DNA from: an uncultured Alphaproteobacteria bacterium
GTDB taxonomy: Bacteria > Pseudomonadota > Alphaproteobacteria > HIMB59
Length of the DNA stretch: 64,000 bases
NCBI GenBank assembly: GCA_902613185.1
Contig: CACMGP010000002.1
Coordinates: 35,378-99,377, forward strand
Reading direction: 5' to 3'
Shown here one piece after another: positions 18,811-27,609 of this stretch. The notes beneath the pieces are model-generated. The model was given only the letters and a program-made list of their open reading frames with translations. It ran no database searches and was not told where the DNA came from. The translations under genes and the position numbers were made by a program. Every line of letters begins with the position of its first letter. Position 1 is the stretch's first letter.

Positions 18811-21785
18811 AATCTATAAATTTAAAAGAAAATCAATTTATTCAGTTTCATCAAAAAATTAGCTTCAAATTCGATGGGGTCAAATATTTTGGCTACAAAG
18901 GCGATACTATAGCCTCAGCTCTATTAAGAAATAATATTAGCATTGTAGGAAGAAGTTTTAAGTACCATAGGCCAAGAGGAATTTATACTTGTGGTATAGA
19001 AGAACCAAATGCTCTAGTCCAAATAATTAGTGAATATTCCGAACCAAACACAAGAGCAACTATAAAAAAAATTTATGAAGGAATGGAAATTGAAAGTCAA
19101 AACAGATGGCCTTCTCTTGAAAACGATTTTGGAAGTATCAATAACTTATTTTCTCCAATTTTTACTGCTGGTTTTTACTATAAAACGTTCATGGGGCCGC
19201 ATAAGAAATTTTGGAAAAATTTGTATGAACCACTTATTAGAAGAGCCGCTGGATTAGGTAAACCTCCCAAAGATTTCAAAGGCATAAGCAATCATATCCA
19301 TCACAATGTCGATATTACAATTATAGGAGGAGGATTAAATGGACTCCTCGCAGCTAAATCTTTCATCAACTCAAATTATGATGTGTTGTTAATTGACTTT
19401 GAGGAACAACTTGGTGGCATTATAAATAATTCAAACAAAATATCATCAATTGATAACAAAGAGCCTAAAGATTGGTTAAAAGAAACTATACAAGAAATAG
19501 AAGACTCTAAGAATATAAAGATTTTAAAAAACACACTTGTTACTACTTATAATTACATTAATCATCTTATAGCCATTGAAGATAGATTTGTTGGCTCTAA
19601 ACCGATAGAAGGAAAAGTTAATAGCACTTTACATAAGATACGCACAGGTCACACAATATTATGTAATGGACACATTGAGAGATTTTTATCTTTTCAAAAT
19701 AACGATCTCCCAGGCATAATGCTAAGCTCTTCCTTTGAAAAATATATGTGCCGATATGGACTAGCACCTTCTAAAGAACCTGTTATTTTCAGTAATAATT
19801 CGAATTCAAACAGCTTAGTTTATAGTCTTATAAAAGCTGGTTTAAAACCAAAAGCATATATCGACTCACGATCCGGGGAGGAAATTGAGCCAAATTTGTT
19901 TGACTTGATAAGAAAAAATGATGTTCCTCTTTACACAAATTCACAAATAAAAGGAGCATTTGGAAACAAAAAAATTGAAAAAATTCTTGTTGAGGATAGT
20001 TCTGGTGCCTTGAATGAAATTAAATGTGACTGCTTATGTTTGTCAGGTGGAATAAATCCAGATGTTCACTTGTTTACTCAATCAAAAGGTTTATTAGATT
20101 GGGATGAGAAAGATTTAACTTACAAACCATCAAAACCTTTTCAACCTACCATAACTCTTGGTTCTGCTTCAGGACAATTTAATTTTGATAATTTAAATTC
20201 TGATATAAATGAAAAATTGAAAACTTTTAAAGTCAAAAAATTAGACGTTAAACTCGAATTAAATACAAATGCTAAGTATAACATTGAAAAATTATGGGAG
20301 GTCTCTCCGCAAAAGAAATCATTATGGGCTAAATCATTTATTGACTTACAAAATGATGTAACAACTAAAGATATCCGTCAAGCAATAACAGAGGGTTTTG
20401 ATAGAATTGAACATTTAAAAAGATATACAACAAATAGTATGGGAACCGATCAAGGTAAAATTAGTAGTATTAACGCACTGGGAATAGTTTCTGATCTTCT
20501 TGATAAAAAAGTAAATGAAGTTGGCACAACTATTTATCGACCACCCTATGCTCCTTTAAGTTTTTCTGCAATAGCTGGCAGAAATTGCTATGAGTTTTAT
20601 GACCCAGAGAGAAAATCACCAATACATAATTGGCACTTAAAAAATGGTGCAATTTTTGAGGATGTCGGGCAATGGAAAAGGCCATGGTATTTTCAAATTA
20701 ATAAAGATGAGTCGATGCATGATGCTGTTCAACGAGAGAGCAAAAATGTAAGAGAAAACGCAGGTATTTTAGATGGGAGCACATTAGGAAAAATTGAGAT
20801 CAAAGGTGAGGATGCGTTAGAATTTATGAATTTAATTTACACAAACAGTTTTACTAAGATGAAACAAGGTTCTGCAAGATATGCTCTTATGTTGGGGGAA
20901 GATGGGATGGTAAAAGATGACGGGATAATTTGTAAAATTTCTGATCAGCATTTTATTGCCACTACAACTACTGGAGGTGCTGCTACTGTTTTAGGTTGCA
21001 TGGAGGAATATGCTCAAACCGAGTGGCCAAATTTAAAAGTTTTTATGAACTCGATTACAGAACAATATGCAACTTTCAACATTAGTGGACCAAAAACAAG
21101 AGAAATTATGAAGAAAGCCTTTCCAAATATCAATTTTAGTAATGAGGAGTTTCCATTTATGACTTTCCAATTTCATGAATTTAATGGTGTTCCAATACGA
21201 ATTCTAAGAGCAAGCTTTACCGGGGAGCTAGGTTACGAAATATATATTCCATCAAATAGTGCCCCTAAAATTTGGGATAATATTCAAAGTTTTGGAAAAG
21301 AATTTGGTCTTGCTCCCTACGGCACGGAGGCAATGCATCTTTTAAGGGCAGAAAAAGGTTACATTATTGTTGGCCAAGACACAGATGGTTCTATAACACC
21401 AATAGATTTGGGACTTAGCTGGATGATTGGTAAATCAAAAAAAGATTTTTTAGGCAAAAGATCACTTACTCGGTCTGATACTATAAGAGAGGATAGGAAA
21501 CAACTTGTTGGTATCATTCCCTCGAATAAAGCCGATAAACTAGAGGAAGGACAACATATCATTCTTGATAAGGAAATTAAGTCTCCTGTCCCGATGCTTG
21601 GTCATATTACATCTTGTTATTATAGTTCTACTTTAGGTCATGATTTTGCATTAGCTGTTATCAAAAATGGCCACTCTATGATTGGAACAAAAGCTTACGC
21701 TTCCACATCAAGTATGAGTACAACTGGTGTGGATATAGTAAAACCCGTTTTTTATGATGCGGATAATAAAAGGTTAGTTTCATGA
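18807..21785 (+). CDS. soxA: Sarcosine oxidase alpha subunit
   Basis: GDTIASAL, RSFKYHRPRG, DLQNDVT, EHLKRYTT..MGTDQGK, GQWKRPWY and SFTGELGYE motifs. Confidence 0.92.
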   Translation: MKSINLKENQFIQFHQKISFKFDGVKYFGYKGDTIASALLRNNISIVGRSFKYHRPRGIYTCGIEEPNALVQIISEYSEPNTRATIKKIYEGMEIESQNRWPSLENDFGSINNLFSPIFTAGFYYKTFMGPHKKFWKNLYEPLIRRAAGLGKPPKDFKGISNHIHHNVDITIIGGGLNGLLAAKSFINSNYDVLLIDFEEQLGGIINNSNKISSIDNKEPKDWLKETIQEIEDSKNIKILKNTLVTTYNYINHLIAIEDRFVGSKPIEGKVNSTLHKIRTGHTILCNGHIERFLSFQNNDLPGIMLSSSFEKYMCRYGLAPSKEPVIFSNNSNSNSLVYSLIKAGLKPKAYIDSRSGEEIEPNLFDLIRKNDVPLYTNSQIKGAFGNKKIEKILVEDSSGALNEIKCDCLCLSGGINPDVHLFTQSKGLLDWDEKDLTYKPSKPFQPTITLGSASGQFNFDNLNSDINEKLKTFKVKKLDVKLELNTNAKYNIEKLWEVSPQKKSLWAKSFIDLQNDVTTKDIRQAITEGFDRIEHLKRYTTNSMGTDQGKISSINALGIVSDLLDKKVNEVGTTIYRPPYAPLSFSAIAGRNCYEFYDPERKSPIHNWHLKNGAIFEDVGQWKRPWYFQINKDESMHDAVQRESKNVRENAGILDGSTLGKIEIKGEDALEFMNLIYTNSFTKMKQGSARYALMLGEDGMVKDDGIICKISDQHFIATTTTGGAATVLGCMEEYAQTEWPNLKVFMNSITEQYATFNISGPKTREIMKKAFPNINFSNEEFPFMTFQFHEFNGVPIRILRASFTGELGYEIYIPSNSAPKIWDNIQSFGKEFGLAPYGTEAMHLLRAEKGYIIVGQDTDGSITPIDLGLSWMIGKSKKDFLGKRSLTRSDTIREDRKQLVGIIPSNKADKLEEGQHIILDKEIKSPVPMLGHITSCYYSSTLGHDFALAVIKNGHSMIGTKAYASTSSMSTTGVDIVKPVFYDADNKRLVS

Positions 21786-22303
21786 CTGAAGTTATCCGAT
21801 CTGATGGTATTGAAATTAAAAAAAAAGTTATTCAACAAATTCTGTTAAGAGGATCTGGTGACTCAAAATTTAATAATCACATAAATAAATCTTTAAAACT
21901 TTTGCCGCCATTAGATAATTTAAGGATAATTTCAAATGATAATTATACTTTAGCGAAAATGTCTTTTGATCAATGGAATTTGATATTTGAAAAAGAAATT
22001 GAAAATAAAAAACTCAACAAAATCTTAGCTGACTTAAATAAATCACCCTTAATATTGGCAACAAATATTTCTGACTCACAAGTTTTTTTTGAAATTCAGG
22101 GTAAAAATAGTTTTGATATATTAAATAAATTAACGCATTTTGACTTTAGAGAAAAATCCTTTAAAAAATTCACTGCTGCACAAACATTATTAGCTAGAGT
22201 AGACTGTTCTATTTTTAATCTTAATCTTAAATTGTTACTAAGTTGTAATCGATCATTTGCTGACTATCTTGAGGATCGTCTTATTGACGCGGTTAACTAT
22301 TAG
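21782..22303 (+). CDS. soxG: Sarcosine oxidase gamma subunit
   Basis: Position after soxA; C-terminal AQTLLARVDC..RSFADYL pattern. Confidence 0.8.
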   Translation: MTEVIRSDGIEIKKKVIQQILLRGSGDSKFNNHINKSLKLLPPLDNLRIISNDNYTLAKMSFDQWNLIFEKEIENKKLNKILADLNKSPLILATNISDSQVFFEIQGKNSFDILNKLTHFDFREKSFKKFTAAQTLLARVDCSIFNLNLKLLLSCNRSFADYLEDRLIDAVNY

Positions 22304-22316
22304 GTTTTTTTTCATA

Positions 22317-22357
22317 TTGACATCAAATTTTGGAACTGATTAGGTATTTTTAGAGGA
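22317..22357 (+). promoter_or_regulatory. Promoter/RBS for the DMG oxidase-like gene
   Basis: Perfect -35 TTGACA (22317-22322) and SD GAGGA (22353-22357). The -10 is degenerate. Confidence 0.5.
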
Positions 22358-22361
22358 ATAA

Positions 22362-24836
22362 ATGGCAAGAAAATCAAGAATAATAATCGTTGGTAGTGGT
22401 ATTGTTGGAGCGAGCACCGCCTATCATTTAGCTCTATTGGGTTGGAAAGATATGGTTATACTCGATCAGGGGCCATTGTTTGAAACTGGAGGCTCTACAA
22501 GCCACGCACCAGGAGGTGTGTTTCAAACTAATCCTTCACGAATGATGTGTAAATTTGCACAGTACACAGTTGACTTACTTAGATCCTTATCATTTGAGGG
22601 AAAACCTTGTTTTCATACTGTTGGAGGAATTGAAGTATCGAAGACAAAAGAAAGACATCAAGACCTTTATCGAAAACTAGGTATAGCACACAGTTATGGA
22701 TTAACTGATGCAAAAATAATCACTCCAGATGAAGTTTTAAAAATGAGCCCCTATATTGATCCAGAAAAAATTCATGGGGGATATTATGTTCCAACTGATG
22801 GTTTAGCAGCACCTGTAAGAGCAGTTAGAGCAATGGCAAAATATGTGACTGATTTAAAAGCAGGGGAATTCTTTGGTGATACAGCAGTTAATGGTTTTAA
22901 AATTCAGAATAATCAAATTCGTGGTGTACAAACATCTAAGGGTTATTATGAAGCTGATATTGTACTTGTCTCAACTGGTATCTGGGCTCCAAAAATGGGA
23001 AGACTCGCGAATATATCATTACCTCTAGTTCCCTGCGAACATCAAATGGTGTGGTTAGAACCGTTTGAAGAATTGAAAGAATTTAAAGCTGATCACAAAG
23101 AAGCTTTGGTTGAACATGCATTGATGCGTCACCAAGATTACAGTCTCTATTTCAGACAATGGAATGATACTTATGTTATTGGAAATTATCGACATGAACC
23201 AAGAATTTTAGAGTCAGAAGAATTAAAGAAACCTGAAGATGCAGAAGAAATGCCCTCTTTGGTGGACTTTAGACCTGATGATTTTGAAGGTGCACATAAA
23301 GAGTCGAATTGGTTGTTCCCAAGATTTTCAGAAAAAAAACTTACAAAAAAAATTAATGGAATTTTTTCATTTACAACAGATGGTAACCCTTTGATGGGCG
23401 AGACAAGTGTAAAAGGTTTGTGGACCGCTAATGCTGTATGGATAACACATGCGGGTGGTGTTGGAAAAGCTATGGCAGAGTGGATAGTTAATGGTGAGCC
23501 TGAACTTGATGTTCGTCAAGGAGATATCAATCGTTTTCATCAACATCATCATGTCAGGAAATATCTAAGGTCAAGAGGTAAGCAGAATTATAAAGAGGTA
23601 TATGATATTATTCACCCACTTCAACAAATGGAGCAGCCAAGACCACTAAGAAGAAGTCCATTTTATGCAAGGTTAGAGGGACAAAAAGCATATTTCTTTG
23701 AGACTATGGGCTGGGAAAGACCTCAATGGTATGAGTCAAATGCTGAATTAATGAAAGGTAAAAACTTTCCAAATAGGACAGGCTGGGCTGCAAAATATTG
23801 GTCACCAATTCAAGCAGCTGAACATCTTGTAACAAGACAAACGGGTGCCCTGTTTGATATTACAGGATTTGTGAAAATTGAAGTAAGTGGAAAAGGTGCT
23901 CTAAAATTATTACAAAAAGTTTGCACAAATAATATTGATGTTGCCGTAGGTAAAGTTGTTTATAGCGTAATTTCTAATATGTATGGTGGTATAAAGAGTG
24001 ATCTTACTATTAGTAGACTTGAGGAAAATAAATTTTGGGTCTTGGCAGGAGCTGGGAATGGAATGATTGATATTAGTTGGCTTCGAGCAAATGCTCCTGA
24101 TGACGGAAGTGTTCAGATCATAGATTGGACATCGGCTTTTGCAGGTATCGGCTTATGGGGGCCAAATTCAAGATCTGTTCTTGAAAAACTGTGTGATGAT
24201 GATGATGTATCTAACGAAGGTTTTCCATTTTTCCATATTAAAAAGATTTCAATCAGTAACATCCCTTGTGTTGCTGTAAGAATATCTTATATAGGTGAAT
24301 TAGGTTGGGAAATATATACACCTACGGAGTATGGACTATCACTATGGGATGAACTTCGAGAAACCTCAAGAGAGTTCAACATGATTTGCTCAGGTGCTGG
24401 TGCTTTTGAGTCACTCAGATTGGAGAAAGGCTATAGATCACTGGGTACAGATATTCATACTAATTACAATCCTTATGAGTCAGGCTTAGGCTTTACGGTA
24501 AAGCTTAAAAAAGATGATGAGTTTATCGGTAAGAATGCACTTCAAAAAATAAAAGAAAAACCAATTGAAAAGAGACTTACTTGTATGATTATTGATGACC
24601 CTGAAGGAATGGCCTTGGGCACAGAACCGATTTATTCAAATGGTAAAGCTGTAGGGTACGTTACAAGTACAAATTATGGCTATTTTGTTGATAAACACAT
24701 TGTTTATGGATATTTACCAACAGAATTGTCAGAAAAAGGAAATAAGTTAGAGGTCGAGTACTTTGGCAAAAGGTATCCATTAACAGTTACAGAGGAACCT
24801 TTGCTCGACCCAGAAAATCGTAGATTAAAGTCTTAA
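22362..24836 (+). CDS. FAD-dependent oxidoreductase-GcvT fusion, dimethylglycine oxidase/dehydrogenase-like
   Basis: IVGSGIVG, GGSTSHAPG.VFQTNPS, NGIFSFT.DG, GWERP, SYIGELGWE and SLRLEKGYR motifs. Confidence 0.88.
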   Translation: MARKSRIIIVGSGIVGASTAYHLALLGWKDMVILDQGPLFETGGSTSHAPGGVFQTNPSRMMCKFAQYTVDLLRSLSFEGKPCFHTVGGIEVSKTKERHQDLYRKLGIAHSYGLTDAKIITPDEVLKMSPYIDPEKIHGGYYVPTDGLAAPVRAVRAMAKYVTDLKAGEFFGDTAVNGFKIQNNQIRGVQTSKGYYEADIVLVSTGIWAPKMGRLANISLPLVPCEHQMVWLEPFEELKEFKADHKEALVEHALMRHQDYSLYFRQWNDTYVIGNYRHEPRILESEELKKPEDAEEMPSLVDFRPDDFEGAHKESNWLFPRFSEKKLTKKINGIFSFTTDGNPLMGETSVKGLWTANAVWITHAGGVGKAMAEWIVNGEPELDVRQGDINRFHQHHHVRKYLRSRGKQNYKEVYDIIHPLQQMEQPRPLRRSPFYARLEGQKAYFFETMGWERPQWYESNAELMKGKNFPNRTGWAAKYWSPIQAAEHLVTRQTGALFDITGFVKIEVSGKGALKLLQKVCTNNIDVAVGKVVYSVISNMYGGIKSDLTISRLEENKFWVLAGAGNGMIDISWLRANAPDDGSVQIIDWTSAFAGIGLWGPNSRSVLEKLCDDDDVSNEGFPFFHIKKISISNIPCVAVRISYIGELGWEIYTPTEYGLSLWDELRETSREFNMICSGAGAFESLRLEKGYRSLGTDIHTNYNPYESGLGFTVKLKKDDEFIGKNALQKIKEKPIEKRLTCMIIDDPEGMALGTEPIYSNGKAVGYVTSTNYGYFVDKHIVYGYLPTELSEKGNKLEVEYFGKRYPLTVTEEPLLDPENRRLKS

Positions 24837-24854
24837 CTATTATATTTTAAAAAT

Positions 24855-25736
24855 ATGATCAAAGAAAATATTGTTTCTTTAGTTGATGGCTTTACCGTAG
24901 AGCTTAACCCAAAAGTAAGACACAAACTAAAGTCTATCCCTCTAGATAAAAAAAATAATGTCTACATAACATATCTACCTGATGCTACGGAAAACGATAT
25001 TTTAGAAACTGTTGATTTTGTATCTAAACAAGAATTAACTCCTATTACTCATTTGCCTGCAAGGACAATGAAAGATTTAGATCATGTTTCAGACTTCCTA
25101 AAAGAACTTAGAAATAGAACAGATAGCAAAAAAATTCTTGTTATTGGTGGTGGAGGTAATCAAAATGGATCAATATCATCTTCGCTGGAAATACTAGAGT
25201 CTGGTTTATTAAAGGATAATGATTTTGAAGAGATAGGAATAGCTGGACACCCAGAAGGTTCACCTGATATTGATCAAAATACTGTCAACGAATTTTTAGA
25301 TAAAAAATATGAGTTATCAAAAAATAAAAATTTAAGTTTAGAACTTGTTACTCAATTTTTTTTTAATGCCGAACCATTTATTGAATGGTGCAAATTTTTA
25401 GATAATTCAAATATAAAATTACCCGTCAGAGTAGGCTTTCCAGGCCCAGCATCTTTTAAGACACTTCTTAATTTTGGAATAATGAGTGGTGTTGGAAATT
25501 CATTAAGTTTTCTTAAAAAGAACTCATCTAAAGTAACTGACCTTCTAACAAAAACTTCAAACGATGAAATGTTTATTGAGTTAGCAAATTTCTCTAAAGA
25601 ACAAAGTTCATTTAAAAATTTTCACTGCTTTCCTTTTGGTGGCTTCGAAAAGACCTGTCATTGGTTAAATGCTCTTCAAAATGGTGATTTTATCATGGAA
25701 AATGACAAAATAGTCCTCCACAACAAAATCTTTTAA
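24855..25736 (+). CDS. metF: Short-type methylenetetrahydrofolate reductase (MetF family)
   Basis: VYITYLP, PITHLPAR, GIAGHPEG, VTQFFF, GFPGPA and HCFPFGG motifs. Confidence 0.8.
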   Translation: MIKENIVSLVDGFTVELNPKVRHKLKSIPLDKKNNVYITYLPDATENDILETVDFVSKQELTPITHLPARTMKDLDHVSDFLKELRNRTDSKKILVIGGGGNQNGSISSSLEILESGLLKDNDFEEIGIAGHPEGSPDIDQNTVNEFLDKKYELSKNKNLSLELVTQFFFNAEPFIEWCKFLDNSNIKLPVRVGFPGPASFKTLLNFGIMSGVGNSLSFLKKNSSKVTDLLTKTSNDEMFIELANFSKEQSSFKNFHCFPFGGFEKTCHWLNALQNGDFIMENDKIVLHNKIF

Positions 25737-25751
25737 GTTCAAATTTTTCGA

Positions 25752-25812
25752 TTGCATAGACCTTAAAAAGAAATTAATTTTCAAAAATTGCTACTGCATT
25801 TTTTATAGGAGG
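25752..25812 (+). promoter_or_regulatory. Sigma70-type promoter and SD for the aminomethyltransferase-like gene
   Basis: TTGCAT (25752-25757), 17-nt spacer, TAATTT (25775-25780); SD AGGAGG at 25807-25812. Confidence 0.6.
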
Positions 25813-25816
25813 ATAT

Positions 25817-27121
25817 ATGAAGCTAAAGCAACCAAGTTCAGTGGACCAATCTGACAGAAAAGTCCCATTTAATTTAAGGCAATCAGGACCAACACCTCAA
25901 CAAATGCTGATTTCTACCAGAGTTAGAAAAAACCCATATTGGCATTTATCAGTTGAGGCAGGATGTTGGAGATGCACTGTGTACAATAGAATGTATCATC
26001 CTAGAGGTTATGTAAAACCTGAGGATGGTGGTGCAATGGTCGAATATGATGCATTAGTAAATCACGTAACTATGTGGAATGTTGCAGTAGAAAGACAAAT
26101 TCGTGTAAAAGGACCTGATGCCTTAAAATTTACAAATTTCGTTATCACAAGAGATGCAACAAGAATTGATGTAATGAAAGGAAAATATGTAATCCTTTGT
26201 AATGACAAAGGAGGAGTATTAAATGATCCAATATTACTCAGAGTCGCAGAAGATGAGTTTTGGTTTTCACTTTCTGACTCTGATATTATGTTTTTTCTTC
26301 AAGGGGTAAATCACGATAAAAAGTTTAATGTAGAAATTGATGAAATAGATGTATCTCCTGTTCAAATTCAAGGACCAAAGTCAATCGATCTTATGGCAGA
26401 TTTAGTTGGAGATGCTGTTAGAGACATTCCTTACTATGGATTAATGGCAGCAAAAGTTGGAGGGAGAGATTGTATTATTTCCCAAACAGGTTTTACTGGG
26501 GAAAAGGGATATGAAATCTACCTCAAAGATGCAACTTTGTATGCAGATGATATGTGGAATGCTGTTTTAGAGGCTGGAAAGAAACACAATCTAAAAGTAA
26601 TTGCACCTGCACACCATAGAAGAATAGCTGCAGGAATTTTATCTTGGGGTCAAGATCTTGATGCCGAAACTTATCCATTTCAATGTAACCTTGGCTATCA
26701 GGTTCCAAGAAAAAAACAAGCTGACTATATTGGTAAAGAAGCTCTAGAGGCAATGAGAACAAAAATTGAGGCAGGTGAGAAACCATATAGCAACCAACTA
26801 GTTGGATTTAGATTAGGTGGTAAACCCATTGATGAATATGCTCCAGACTTTTGGCTTATATCTGAAGATGGATCTACACCAATAGGGTATCTAACATCAC
26901 CTTGGTATTCCCCTGAATTGGGAACAAATATCGCAATGGGATATGTACCTTATGAGAAAAAAGACTTAGGTAATAAATTTAAATTTCATCTACCTGATGA
27001 GTATTGTGAAACTCCAGGGTCACCTGTAGATGGTGAAATAGTTGAAATACCTTTTAGGCCATCAGTAAATCCTAATGCGCGAGAAATTGCAAAGGATGAT
27101 GGAAGAGATACGGCATATTAA
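25817..27121 (+). CDS. GcvT/DmdA/LigM-family THF-dependent (amino)methyltransferase, substrate unknown
   Basis: RVRKNPY, WNVAVERQI, GGVLNDPILLR, SLSDSD, QIQGPKS, QTGFTGEKGYE and RRIAAGILSWG motifs. Confidence 0.85.
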   Translation: MKLKQPSSVDQSDRKVPFNLRQSGPTPQQMLISTRVRKNPYWHLSVEAGCWRCTVYNRMYHPRGYVKPEDGGAMVEYDALVNHVTMWNVAVERQIRVKGPDALKFTNFVITRDATRIDVMKGKYVILCNDKGGVLNDPILLRVAEDEFWFSLSDSDIMFFLQGVNHDKKFNVEIDEIDVSPVQIQGPKSIDLMADLVGDAVRDIPYYGLMAAKVGGRDCIISQTGFTGEKGYEIYLKDATLYADDMWNAVLEAGKKHNLKVIAPAHHRRIAAGILSWGQDLDAETYPFQCNLGYQVPRKKQADYIGKEALEAMRTKIEAGEKPYSNQLVGFRLGGKPIDEYAPDFWLISEDGSTPIGYLTSPWYSPELGTNIAMGYVPYEKKDLGNKFKFHLPDEYCETPGSPVDGEIVEIPFRPSVNPNAREIAKDDGRDTAY

Positions 27122-27131
27122 TTTTATTTTT

Positions 27132-27166
27132 AAAAAGCCTAGATAAATAAGTATTTAGGCTTTTTT
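27132..27166 (+). terminator. Rho-independent (potentially bidirectional) terminator
   Basis: AAAAAGCCTAGATA / TATTTAGGCTTTTT stem followed by a T-run, 10 nt after the stop codon. Confidence 0.85.
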
Positions 27167-27181
27167 CATTTTAAAATTTCT

Positions 27182-27209
27182 TTGACATATCGAAAGTATC
27201 TAATGTAAT
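27182..27209 (+). promoter_or_regulatory. Sigma70 promoter, near-leaderless
   Basis: TTGACA (27182-27187), 16-nt spacer, TGTAAT (27204-27209); the ATG follows 8 nt later with no SD. Confidence 0.55.
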
Positions 27210-27217
27210 CTTTCTAC

Positions 27218-27592
27218 ATGAATATTCCAAAAGTTATAAATTCCCAAAAACTTTACGATTTGTATGAACAAATTTTTGACTATTTTAGTTTAACTGTTTA
27301 TGACTTGGAGTCTAAAATTGATACTAATTTAAATATCTCAAATATTAAAAATAAACTTGAAACTTTTTCTGATAAGCATTTTAAAAATGCACTTAATGAT
27401 TTCAATCAAGAAGTAAAAAAAATAAAAAATCACATACCTGATGATTTTTTAAAAATCGAGCAAATCTCCCATGAGATTAAACAAAGTTATAATAAGTTTT
27501 TAGAACAGAATTTTTTTGATTATGAGTCATTAAATATATTAAAGAACAAATTAAAGAGTAATATTGATAATATTCATAAAATTTACTCTTAA
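27218..27592 (+). CDS. Hypothetical helical protein (weak HPt-domain-like motif)
   Basis: 124-aa ORF with its own promoter; DDFLKIEQISHEIKQS segment. Confidence 0.65.
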   Translation: MNIPKVINSQKLYDLYEQIFDYFSLTVYDLESKIDTNLNISNIKNKLETFSDKHFKNALNDFNQEVKKIKNHIPDDFLKIEQISHEIKQSYNKFLEQNFFDYESLNILKNKLKSNIDNIHKIYS

Positions 27593-27609
27593 ATATTAAT
27601 AAAACTGTT

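Noticed and set aside
25737-25816. SAM-II/SAM-V, THF or glycine riboswitch ahead of the C1 genes
   Set aside because: The predicted 5' UTR is only about 30 nt and lacks the consensus stems. None was recognisable at 22304-22361 or 17176-17203 either.
25817-27121. Calling this gene gcvT or dmdA
   Set aside because: There are no gcvH/gcvP or dmdBCD neighbours, and the sequence differs from recalled GcvT and DmdA N-termini. Only family-level assignment is supported.
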